Below the pieces are notes generated by a model. That model searched no databases. It worked only from the letters and a program-made list of their open reading frames with translations, and had not been told where the DNA came from. Below are positions 39,969-47,726 of a DNA stretch of 64,000 nt, one piece after another. Every line of letters begins with the position of its first letter. The first letter of the stretch is position 1. The position numbers and the translations under genes were made by a program. Source of the stretch: a virus; the IMG/VR virus record IMGVR_UViG_3300009163_000019; one strand, 5' to 3'.

Positions 39969-40211
39969 ATGAAAAAGTTTTTTTCTGACTTATTTAATGA
40001 TAATAATTCTATCAATGAAAAAGCCGTTATTGGTTTTTTAGCATTTTGCATGATGTGTATATTTGCAATTGCCGATATAGTAACAGGTACTATGGATAAA
40101 CCATTATTAGTAAATGAGTTTATTTATGATTCATTTAAAATATTAACAATTGCGTGCTTTGGTATAGCTTCTGTAGATAAGTTTATTAACAAAAAGAAAG
40201 ATAATAATTAA
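39969..40211 (+). CDS. Putative holin
   Basis: 80 aa, two TM helices, charged C-terminus, directly after the endolysin. Confidence 0.6.
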   Translation: MKKFFSDLFNDNNSINEKAVIGFLAFCMMCIFAIADIVTGTMDKPLLVNEFIYDSFKILTIACFGIASVDKFINKKKDNN

Positions 40212-40222
40212 AAACCAATATT

Positions 40223-40471
40223 ATGGAAAAGATCCCAACAAAAAAAGCAGAATCTCTAATTAGTGCCTTAAAAGGAAAAAAACCAGTTGTTATCATTGCT
40301 TGTGTAGTAATCTTTATTGTAGGTATATTTGCAGTTAAAAAAGGCTACATTGCAGAAGACATGTTAAATGTTGATACTATTGTATCATTTGTTAATGGAG
40401 CTCTTGGAAGTGACTCAACTAAAGCTGCTGTTGATACTGCTGCTCATGTAATTGATAGCTTACCTAAATAA
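40223..40471 (+). CDS. Single-pass membrane protein
   Basis: One TM helix; C-terminal DST/DTA/DSL sequons. Confidence 0.5.
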   Translation: MEKIPTKKAESLISALKGKKPVVIIACVVIFIVGIFAVKKGYIAEDMLNVDTIVSFVNGALGSDSTKAAVDTAAHVIDSLPK

Positions 40472-40477
40472 TTAAGT

Positions 40478-40837
40478 ATGAAAAAATTAATTATTTTATT
40501 GTGCTTATGTTTAAGTATTTTTGTGGTTGATGCTCAAACATCAAAATTAAAACCTAAATTAATTGAAGGATCTATTATGGGATTCAGTAATGGTAAAGGT
40601 AAGGTCGGAATTGGAGGAGTATCATCTTCATTTTTAAAAGTAAATATTTCTAAAAAATTATCAATAGGAACTGCATTAGCTCCTATTCTTTGGTTTGACA
40701 CTGAAAAACATAATCACAGTTATGGTACAGCAGGTTTTGCTATAAGAGCAGATTATAAAAAAATTAGCCTAGGTTGTAATTTATTAACAATTGCCGGTGT
40801 TGATACAAAATTTGTAGGCATCGGTGTAAAATTATAA
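40478..40837 (+). CDS. Exported small beta-strand-rich (outer-membrane-like) protein
   Basis: Signal peptide ending VDA-Q; alternating hydrophobic strands; ends FVGIGVKL. Confidence 0.5.
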   Translation: MKKLIILLCLCLSIFVVDAQTSKLKPKLIEGSIMGFSNGKGKVGIGGVSSSFLKVNISKKLSIGTALAPILWFDTEKHNHSYGTAGFAIRADYKKISLGCNLLTIAGVDTKFVGIGVKL

Positions 40838-40844
40838 TACCCCT

Positions 40845-41249
40845 ATGTCACAGATTTCGCAACAAGAAAAAACAGCTGAATTAGAAAAATCAATAGCCAT
40901 TGATAAAGGTAAATCGGATCTAATAGAAAAATTAGTATTTATTTTATTCCCTATATGTGTATCAGCAATCGGATGGTTACTTACTCAAGTAAATAGTTTG
41001 AGTGATAATATTACAGTCCTTAACAATAAAGTTAATATTGTAGTAAATGCTGAAAATAAAGCAATACCGCCTCAAGGTACTACTATAGAACTTGAACAAT
41101 TAAGAGCTAGTGCTATGCAAGCTAGAGCTGATATGAAAATGGATATAAATGAAAAAATAACTGCTATTCAAATAGGAGCAATGCAAGAAAGAGCCGATAT
41201 TAAAGCTCGTTTAAGTGTAGTTGAATCTAGATTAAATAATCACAAGTAA
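40845..41249 (+). CDS. Membrane-anchored coiled-coil protein (spanin-like candidate)
   Basis: One TM helix followed by a coiled coil, in the lysis cassette. Confidence 0.4.
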   Translation: MSQISQQEKTAELEKSIAIDKGKSDLIEKLVFILFPICVSAIGWLLTQVNSLSDNITVLNNKVNIVVNAENKAIPPQGTTIELEQLRASAMQARADMKMDINEKITAIQIGAMQERADIKARLSVVESRLNNHK

Positions 41250-41257
41250 TAAAATTA

Positions 41258-41944
41258 ATGAACCAACAATTAAGTATAATTATTCCATGTAAAAATGAAG
41301 GCAAAGGAATAATTGAAGTACTTAAGTTAATTTTATCTCAAATTGATTGTAGAATAATAGTAGTGGACTCCTCAACTGAGGAGTCTTCTATTTTATTATT
41401 AACAGAATATCAATCAATACATAAAAATATAGAAATAATTAAAGGCGGTTTACCTGCTATTGCTCGAAATAATGGAGCTAAATTAGTAACAACTCCATAT
41501 ATTCTATTTTTAGATGCGGATATATATCCATATGAGAATGCAATTAAAAATTGTATTAGAACTGCTGTTAAAGGTAAGTATGATTTAGTTACTTGTAAAT
41601 TTACCACTGATAAAAAATATAACTGGGTTTATAGAATTTTTGATATATTTCAATGGTATAGTTCAAAAACAAAACCTTTTGCTTTAGGTGGCTTTATGCT
41701 ATTTAAAACAGAAACATTTAATAAATTAAAAGGATTTAATGAAGAAGATAAAATTGCCGAGGATTACCATCTCAGTTCCAAAATTAAACCTAATCGTTTT
41801 AAAATCACAAACGATTTCGTTTATACTTCAAGTAGAAGATTTGATAAAAAAGGTATATGGTATATGATTAAATTAGCATGGAAATCCTGGCTAAATAGAA
41901 ATAATGATGAATTTTTTAAAAAAGATTTTAATTACTGGAAATGA
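41258..41944 (+). CDS. Glycosyltransferase family 2
   Basis: SIIIPCKNE, ARN.GA, FLDAD, ED. Confidence 0.88.
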   Translation: MNQQLSIIIPCKNEGKGIIEVLKLILSQIDCRIIVVDSSTEESSILLLTEYQSIHKNIEIIKGGLPAIARNNGAKLVTTPYILFLDADIYPYENAIKNCIRTAVKGKYDLVTCKFTTDKKYNWVYRIFDIFQWYSSKTKPFALGGFMLFKTETFNKLKGFNEEDKIAEDYHLSSKIKPNRFKITNDFVYTSSRRFDKKGIWYMIKLAWKSWLNRNNDEFFKKDFNYWK

Positions 41945-42687
41945 AAAATTACAAAGCAATAATAGTTTCTGATTTGCATTTAGGTACTAAGGATTCTAAA
42001 GCTGAAGAATTTTTAGAATTTTTAGAAAATCATCCAACAGATCTACTAATTTTAAATGGTGATATAATTGATGGTTGGGCTTTAAATAGAGGAAGTAAGT
42101 GGAAAAAACAACATACTAAAGTATTAGGTAAAATTTTAAAACTATCTAATAAAATACAAGTAATTTGGATAAGAGGTAATCATGACGAATTTATTCAAGA
42201 ATTTATAGGATCTCATTTTGGAGGTATAGAATTTAGAGAAGACTATAAAATTGAATATGCTGAGCATATAGAATATGATAATTGGGAAAAAAAATGTTTT
42301 TATGTTTTCCATGGCGATGTTATTGATGTGTTTATAACAAAGTATACTTGGTTAGCTAAAATTGGTGCTGTTGGATATGATGTAGCATTAACTTTAAATC
42401 GTTGGTATAACAAATATCGTAAATGGCGTAAACTTCCATATCAATCAATATCTAAAAAAATAAAAAATAGCGTTAAAACAGCAACTAGTTACATTAACGA
42501 TTTTGAAGTAACAGCATTAAAAATGGCAGAAAAGAAAGGCTGTGACGGAGTTATTTGTGGCCATATACACCAACCAGAAGACAGAACTATAAATGGTAAA
42601 AGATATTTAAATTCTGGGGATTGGGTAGAAAATATGAGTGCTATATTAATAGATACTTATGGGCGGGTATATTTATATAAAAATTAG
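41941..42687 (+). CDS. LpxH-like calcineurin-family metallophosphoesterase
   Basis: SDLHLG, GDIID, GNHD, HGD, GHIH, NSGDW. Confidence 0.85.
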   Translation: MKNYKAIIVSDLHLGTKDSKAEEFLEFLENHPTDLLILNGDIIDGWALNRGSKWKKQHTKVLGKILKLSNKIQVIWIRGNHDEFIQEFIGSHFGGIEFREDYKIEYAEHIEYDNWEKKCFYVFHGDVIDVFITKYTWLAKIGAVGYDVALTLNRWYNKYRKWRKLPYQSISKKIKNSVKTATSYINDFEVTALKMAEKKGCDGVICGHIHQPEDRTINGKRYLNSGDWVENMSAILIDTYGRVYLYKN

Positions 42688-42690
42688 TTT

Positions 42691-42810
42691 ATGATTAAAG
42701 TACTAGACACTTTATTTAATTTTAATAGTGGTAAAAAAGTCAACTTCGAACAAGGATTCTTTCTTGGAATAATAACATTCACACTCTTATTATTTCTTTT
42801 TATGGTATAA
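42691..42810 (+). CDS. Small membrane peptide (39 aa), not in the ORF track
   Basis: MIKVLDTLFNFNSGKKVNFEQGFFLGIITFTLLLFLFMV; ATATTTAT at 42669-42676. Confidence 0.4.
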   Translation: MIKVLDTLFNFNSGKKVNFEQGFFLGIITFTLLLFLFMV

Positions 42811-42856
42811 AATAATTTTGTATATTTATACTATATAAAAAAGTTCTTTAACTTAT

Positions 42857-43252
42857 GGGGATAACCGGTATCGATCTGAATGATGAGATAATACCACATG
42901 CAGGCGTTTGGTAGAGTCGCCTTAGAAAACTGCAAACAATAACTGACGAAATGTCAACAATGACCTTCGAAGACTTAATGTCTTTCGTAGGCGCTGATTA
43001 CGCTCTAGCAGCCTAGTCCGCATCGGGTGGTAGAGAACCTAGGAACAGAACACAACAGCGAGTCATACGCTAAAGAGATGGCATCCGGACGCATATTGCG
43101 AGCCGTAGTTTTCTTGATAGTCATAAAATCAAGTGGTGGAAACGACCATAAAGGTCAGCCCTTACTGATCAAAAGCAATTTAGATCTAAGCATGTGAGAC
43201 GTTGGTGTTATTATCACTTTTAGAGACGTGGGTTCGAATCCCACTATCTCCA
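42857..43252 (+). ncRNA. ssrA: tmRNA
   Basis: Acceptor stem GGGGATA/TATCTCC-A with G3.U70; T arm GTGGG-TTCGAAT-CCCAC; long helix 2; tag ORF 42945-43016 ending YALAA; CCA not encoded. Confidence 0.95.
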
Positions 43253-43321
43253 CTTAAAATATATATTTTTATTATCTTAAATTTATTTGTACATTTAATT
43301 AATAATCAAAACAAATAAAAA

Positions 43322-43504
43322 ATGAAAAAATCAGTTTTCGTAATCATTGCAGGAATTTTTTTAATGTCATGTGGTGGATCTTCAAATTCAACGGTAGCTA
43401 CAGATTCTACAGCAGTAGATAGCACGAAAGTAGCAGACAGCGCAGTAGTAGCTACAGATTCTACAGTAGCACAAATTCCAGCAGATAGCACAAATACTAA
43501 GTAA
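43322..43504 (+). CDS. Small Ser/Thr/Asp-rich lipoprotein
   Basis: Lipobox LMSC; mature part is mostly DST/DSA repeats. Confidence 0.75.
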   Translation: MKKSVFVIIAGIFLMSCGGSSNSTVATDSTAVDSTKVADSAVVATDSTVAQIPADSTNTK

Positions 43505-43512
43505 TTAGTGGA

Positions 43513-43607
43513 AACACAGAAACCATAATATAGCGTTAAAATAAGGAGGCGTGGTTGCCGAGTCGCAAGCTATGCGAGCGTATGAGGTTCGATTCCTCTC
43601 TGTGTTC
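43513..43607 (+). ncRNA. tRNA-like RNA (intact acceptor and T arm, non-canonical middle)
   Basis: AACACAGA/TCTGTGTT stem; GAGG-TTCGATT-CCTC T arm; internal AACCAT/GTGGTT and TCGCA/TGCGA helices. Confidence 0.55.
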
Positions 43608-43625
43608 AAAATAAAAAAATAAATT

Positions 43626-43856
43626 ATGATTTGGTACATTTATATTATTAGTATTACATATTGTATTTGGAAAATGTCAAAAGGCTATAAAAGAACTTTT
43701 GGCGAAGGGAATCCTATAGGGCCAACCCCAGGACTAGAAACACTTTTTATAATTCCTTTTGCTCCAGTTTTAGCAGTCCTTGATATTAGTTTAACTTGGA
43801 TTCGTAGATTTCATGAAGTAGAAGAATATAAAATAAGAAACAATAAGATATTTTAA
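43626..43856 (+). CDS. Small membrane protein
   Basis: Two hydrophobic segments. Confidence 0.5.
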   Translation: MIWYIYIISITYCIWKMSKGYKRTFGEGNPIGPTPGLETLFIIPFAPVLAVLDISLTWIRRFHEVEEYKIRNNKIF

Positions 43857-43859
43857 TAT

Positions 43860-44014
43860 TGTCGGGTGGTGAAAAGCGTACGCACGGTAGACACACCCTC
43901 TCGTCTCGAGGGCGCTGAATTTGAAATAGGTAATTGGATATGGGTTGACCACAAAGCCGGCTATTTTGTCCACTACCGAATCACAGCGTGAAGGTTCAAA
44001 TCCTTCCTCGACAG
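43860..44014 (+). tRNA. Aberrant ~155-nt tRNA-like RNA with GUC at the anticodon position and ~75-nt variable arm
   Basis: TGTCGGG/CTCGACA acceptor; GTG/CAC D stem with GGTAGA; CCCTC-TCGTCTC-GAGGG; GCTG...CAGC long arm; GAAGG-TTCAAAT-CCTTC T arm. Confidence 0.75.
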
Positions 44015-44016
44015 CA

Positions 44017-44337
44017 AGTTATCGTTCTTTGACATATAAGGAGAAATAAAATATGGAAACACTATCATTCGTTTTAGGGATAGCATTCATTGTGGTTATA
44101 GCTTTAGCTATAGTTGCTACTTATGCTTTCGTTAAAGTAATAAAAGTACAAAAAGAAATCAATGATCTAGACAGAAGATTTGCAGACATCTATCAGTGTA
44201 TTGCTGAAGAGAATGCTCAGATTAATCGGAGAGTCGATGATTTTGAAAAAGAGATATTCTCTCAGTTAGATTCAAGATTAGATAAGTTAGAAAATAAATT
44301 AATAATTAAAAAATAAATAAGTTAAAGAACGATAACT
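44017..44337. repeat. Inverted repeat pair flanking ORF 44053..44316
   Basis: AGTTATCGTTCTTTGAC (44017-44033) pairs with GTTAAAGAACGATAACT (44321-44337): 17 bp, one G.U. Confidence 0.8.
44053..44316 (+). CDS. Membrane-anchored coiled-coil protein
   Basis: N-terminal TM helix, coiled coil; AAGGAG RBS upstream. Confidence 0.6.
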   Translation: METLSFVLGIAFIVVIALAIVATYAFVKVIKVQKEINDLDRRFADIYQCIAEENAQINRRVDDFEKEIFSQLDSRLDKLENKLIIKK

Positions 44338-44357
44338 AAATTTTTAAAAATAAGACT

Positions 44358-44606
44358 ATGAATAATCCAATTGAACTTTGTGTAATATGCGGTAAAGAAA
44401 CTCCTTATAGATTCAATGATCATATTGATCTTAGAATAGGATATGTAGAAGGATCAGGACAGGGTTGTTATAATCCATCATTATGTAATAATGAAAGAAG
44501 TAGAAAACTAATTACTATTAGTGAGCAAACTATATATGATACACCTAATGATCAACAATTAGGAGAAATAGTAAGAGCCTTATATTTTAAAAATAAAAAT
44601 AAATAA
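44358..44606 (+). CDS. Small Zn-ribbon-like protein
   Basis: CVIC...HID.R..YVEG.GQ.C. Confidence 0.5.
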   Translation: MNNPIELCVICGKETPYRFNDHIDLRIGYVEGSGQGCYNPSLCNNERSRKLITISEQTIYDTPNDQQLGEIVRALYFKNKNK

Positions 44607-44607
44607 T

Positions 44608-44841
44608 ATGAATCAGCAAAACATGAAATTAAATATTTCATTAGATAAAACTACTGGAGTATCATGTGATAGTTGTGAAAATACAACTTTTCAAGAAGCA
44701 TTAATTTTAAGAAAAGCTTCTAAGTTTTTAACTGGAACAGAACAAGACGGAATAATTCCTATTCCTACATTTGTTTGTTCTAAATGCGGACATGTTAATG
44801 ATGATTTTTACCCTAAAGAATTAAGTCGTGACCAAAAATAG
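44608..44841 (+). CDS. Small Zn-ribbon protein
   Basis: CDSC...CSKC. Confidence 0.55.
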   Translation: MNQQNMKLNISLDKTTGVSCDSCENTTFQEALILRKASKFLTGTEQDGIIPIPTFVCSKCGHVNDDFYPKELSRDQK

Positions 44842-45094
44842 TGACATGTACGGAAAAATAACCGAGTATACTTCTGAAAATAGTAGAACTATTTTAAAAG
44901 CTGATTCTATTGTTGATTCTATAATAGATCAATTTATTGATAGAGCTAAAATAGGAAAAAGAAAATATGGTACTGATCTAGATAGGGAAGATCTATCTTT
45001 AGAACAGTGGTTAAATCATGCTATAGAAGAACACCTCGATGCTATTTTATATCTTCAGAAAATTAAGACTATTGTAACCGGTAAACAAAAATAA
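44828..45094 (+). CDS. MazG-like all-alpha NTP pyrophosphatase-like protein
   Basis: R...G..KYG..L.R.DL....W..HA.EE..DA..Y. Confidence 0.55.
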   Translation: MTKNSDMYGKITEYTSENSRTILKADSIVDSIIDQFIDRAKIGKRKYGTDLDREDLSLEQWLNHAIEEHLDAILYLQKIKTIVTGKQK

Positions 45095-45999
45095 TGCCCA
45101 AACCAAAAATTGATATTAACTGGGCTTATCAAAAAGCAGTTTCTTATTCTCAGTATTCTATATATTCTCAATGTCCATATCAATGGTATCTATCTTATAT
45201 TAAGAAGGAGTCAAGTTTTAAACCTTCTATATATTTGATCTATGGTACTTCAATACACGAAGTAATTCAAGAGTATCTAAAGACTATGTATGAAAAATCT
45301 GGTAAAGCTGCTGACGAATTAGATCTAGATAAACTATTAGAAGATAGATTAGTATTTAATTATAAGGAAAGTCTTGCAGATAATAAAGGAGAGCATTTTA
45401 GTTCTAAAGAAGAATTAAAAGAATTTTTAGCAGACGGCCAAGCCTCTCTTAGTTGGTTTAAAAAAAATAGAGGCAAGTACTTTTCTAAAAAGAATACTGA
45501 GTTATTAGGAATAGAAATTCCTATTTTACAACCTGTTTTAGAAGATATACCAAATGTTTTTATTAATGGATCTATTGACTTTATTATCTATGAAAAGATT
45601 ACAGATACATATACTATTTATGATATAAAAACTTCTACTAAAGGTTGGTCTGATTATGAAAAGAAAGATCAAACTAAAATAAATCAGATTCTACTCTATA
45701 AAAGATTTTATTCTAAAGTTATGAATATCTCTGAGGATAAGGTAGATGTTAAGTTCTTTATTATTAAAAGAAAAGTATTTAATAGCCCAGATTATCCAAC
45801 ATATAGAGTGCAAGAATTTATTCCCGCAAATGGTAAAAAGAAAGTACAAGATGCTGTAGATAGTTTATCTAAGTTTATAAGAGAATGTTTTACCCCAGAA
45901 TCAAAATATAACACAGATAGAGTCTATACCAAAAATATAAATAGTTGTAAATTTTGTCCATATAATGACAAACCTGACTTATGTAATAAAAGTATATAA
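45094..45999 (+). CDS. PD-(D/E)XK (RecB/Cas4-like) nuclease
   Basis: SYSQ....QCP, G..IH, E, GSID, DIKT, Q...Y, C-terminal C.FC.....C. Confidence 0.85.
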   Translation: MPKPKIDINWAYQKAVSYSQYSIYSQCPYQWYLSYIKKESSFKPSIYLIYGTSIHEVIQEYLKTMYEKSGKAADELDLDKLLEDRLVFNYKESLADNKGEHFSSKEELKEFLADGQASLSWFKKNRGKYFSKKNTELLGIEIPILQPVLEDIPNVFINGSIDFIIYEKITDTYTIYDIKTSTKGWSDYEKKDQTKINQILLYKRFYSKVMNISEDKVDVKFFIIKRKVFNSPDYPTYRVQEFIPANGKKKVQDAVDSLSKFIRECFTPESKYNTDRVYTKNINSCKFCPYNDKPDLCNKSI

Positions 46000-46058
46000 A
46001 TATATTTTACTTATTTACGTATTTATTTTGTATTTCCATATATTTATTATAAAACAAT

Positions 46059-46277
46059 ATGATTGCAAAAACAAAGAGAGTTATTACGTCGGTAAAAATA
46101 CCGGAAACTCTATATGATGATTTTAAAATAACATCCATTAAAAGTAAAATGAATCTTCAAGATATTGTTGAAAGATCTATCTTTATGTATCTAACAGATT
46201 CAAAATTTAGACAGACTATTCACGAACAGTACAATACCTACTATACAGGATCAAGTTTAATTGAAGCAATAAAATAA
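46059..46277 (+). CDS. Ribbon-helix-helix-like DNA-binding protein
   Basis: TSVKIP..LY..FK.......LQ.IV...I..YL. Confidence 0.5.
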   Translation: MIAKTKRVITSVKIPETLYDDFKITSIKSKMNLQDIVERSIFMYLTDSKFRQTIHEQYNTYYTGSSLIEAIK

Positions 46278-46282
46278 GTTAT

Positions 46283-47725
46283 ATGATTAATGGTTATATT
46301 CCTCAAGCACAAAGAAAAAAAATACTTCTTTTGTGCGATGATATTAGAATGACAAGTGGTATTTCTACCATGGCTAGAGAGATAGTAATAGGAACATCTC
46401 ACGTATTTAATTGGGTAAATTTAGGAGGCGCAATAAATCATCCAGATCAAGGAAAGCGTCTAGATATTTCTCAGGATACTAATAAAATTATGGGTCTAAA
46501 TGACACTAGTGTTTTTATATATCCTACTAATGGTTATGGATCTCAAGAATTAATTAGGCAACTAATCAGTTTAGAAAATCCAGATGCTATAATGTTTTTT
46601 ACTGATCCTAGATATTGGATTTGGTTATTTCAAATGGAGAATGAAATTAGAAAAAAAATCCCAATGATTTATTTAAATATATGGGATGATCTACCTGCTC
46701 CATTATATAATAAGCCCTATTATGAATCATGTGATACTTTAATGGCAATATCTAAACAAACCCTAAATATTAATAAAATGGTTTTAGGAGATAAGGCTAA
46801 AGGTAAAATATTAAAGTATATTCCTCATGGAATTAATGAAAATATCTTTTTTCCTATTACAGAATTTAATAAGCCTTATCAAGAAGCTTTAGAAAAAAAG
46901 AAAGAACAAATATTTGGAAATTTTAAACCTGGATTTGTAGCTTTTTATAATGCTAGAAATATTAGACGTAAATGTACATCTGATCTAATTGCAGCATGGG
47001 CTGTATTTTGTGATAGTATAGGAAAAGAAAAAGCTAGTACATGTGCCTTATTATTACATACACAAAGAGTAGACGAAAACGGGACAGACCTAAATTCAGT
47101 AGTTGATCTGCTATGCGATCCTGAATATCAAAAGGTATATTTTTCAGATGCTAGATTAAATGCAGAGGAAGTTAATCTATTATATAATATGTCTGATGTT
47201 ACATGCCTGGTTAGCTCTAATGAAGGCTGGGGATTATCTCTAACAGAATCTATGATGGCTGGAAGAATGATTATTGCAAATGTTACAGGAGGAATGCAAG
47301 ATCAAATGAGATTCGAAGACGAAAATGGAAATTGGATCAACTTCAATGATAAATTCTGTTCTAATCATTTTGGAAAATACAAAAAACATGGCGAGTGGGC
47401 AATTCCAGTATTTCCAACTAATATGAGTATTGTCGGATCTATTCCAACTCCATATATTTTTGATGATCGTTGTGATTTTAGAGACGCGGCAAAAGCTTTA
47501 GAAGAAGTTTATAACACGCCTTTAGAAGAAAGATCTAAAAAAGGTTTATTAGCTAGAGATTGGGTTTTATCAAATGAATCTATGATGAGTGCTAAACATA
47601 TGTGTGATAATGTTATATGGACTATAAATGAAAGTATAACAACATTTAAACCTAGAAAGAAATTTGAATTAATTAAAACAGAAAAATTAGCAAAGAAAAA
47701 AATTGTACACCCTTTAGTTTATTAA
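46283..47725 (+). CDS. Glycosyltransferase (GT-B, GT4-like)
   Basis: SG......E, HGI, RN.RRK, EGWGL...ESM.AG. Confidence 0.85.
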   Translation: MINGYIPQAQRKKILLLCDDIRMTSGISTMAREIVIGTSHVFNWVNLGGAINHPDQGKRLDISQDTNKIMGLNDTSVFIYPTNGYGSQELIRQLISLENPDAIMFFTDPRYWIWLFQMENEIRKKIPMIYLNIWDDLPAPLYNKPYYESCDTLMAISKQTLNINKMVLGDKAKGKILKYIPHGINENIFFPITEFNKPYQEALEKKKEQIFGNFKPGFVAFYNARNIRRKCTSDLIAAWAVFCDSIGKEKASTCALLLHTQRVDENGTDLNSVVDLLCDPEYQKVYFSDARLNAEEVNLLYNMSDVTCLVSSNEGWGLSLTESMMAGRMIIANVTGGMQDQMRFEDENGNWINFNDKFCSNHFGKYKKHGEWAIPVFPTNMSIVGSIPTPYIFDDRCDFRDAAKALEEVYNTPLEERSKKGLLARDWVLSNESMMSAKHMCDNVIWTINESITTFKPRKKFELIKTEKLAKKKIVHPLVY

Positions 47726-47726
47726 T

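Noticed and set aside
43860-44014. Ordinary tRNA-Asp(GUC), or tRNA with a self-splicing intron
   Set aside because: C33/U37 and class II architecture do not fit tRNA-Asp; the insert is too short for a group I intron and lies in the variable arm
45094-45999. Cas4 / CRISPR system
   Set aside because: No repeat-spacer array or other cas genes in the window; solo PD-(D/E)XK nucleases are common in phages
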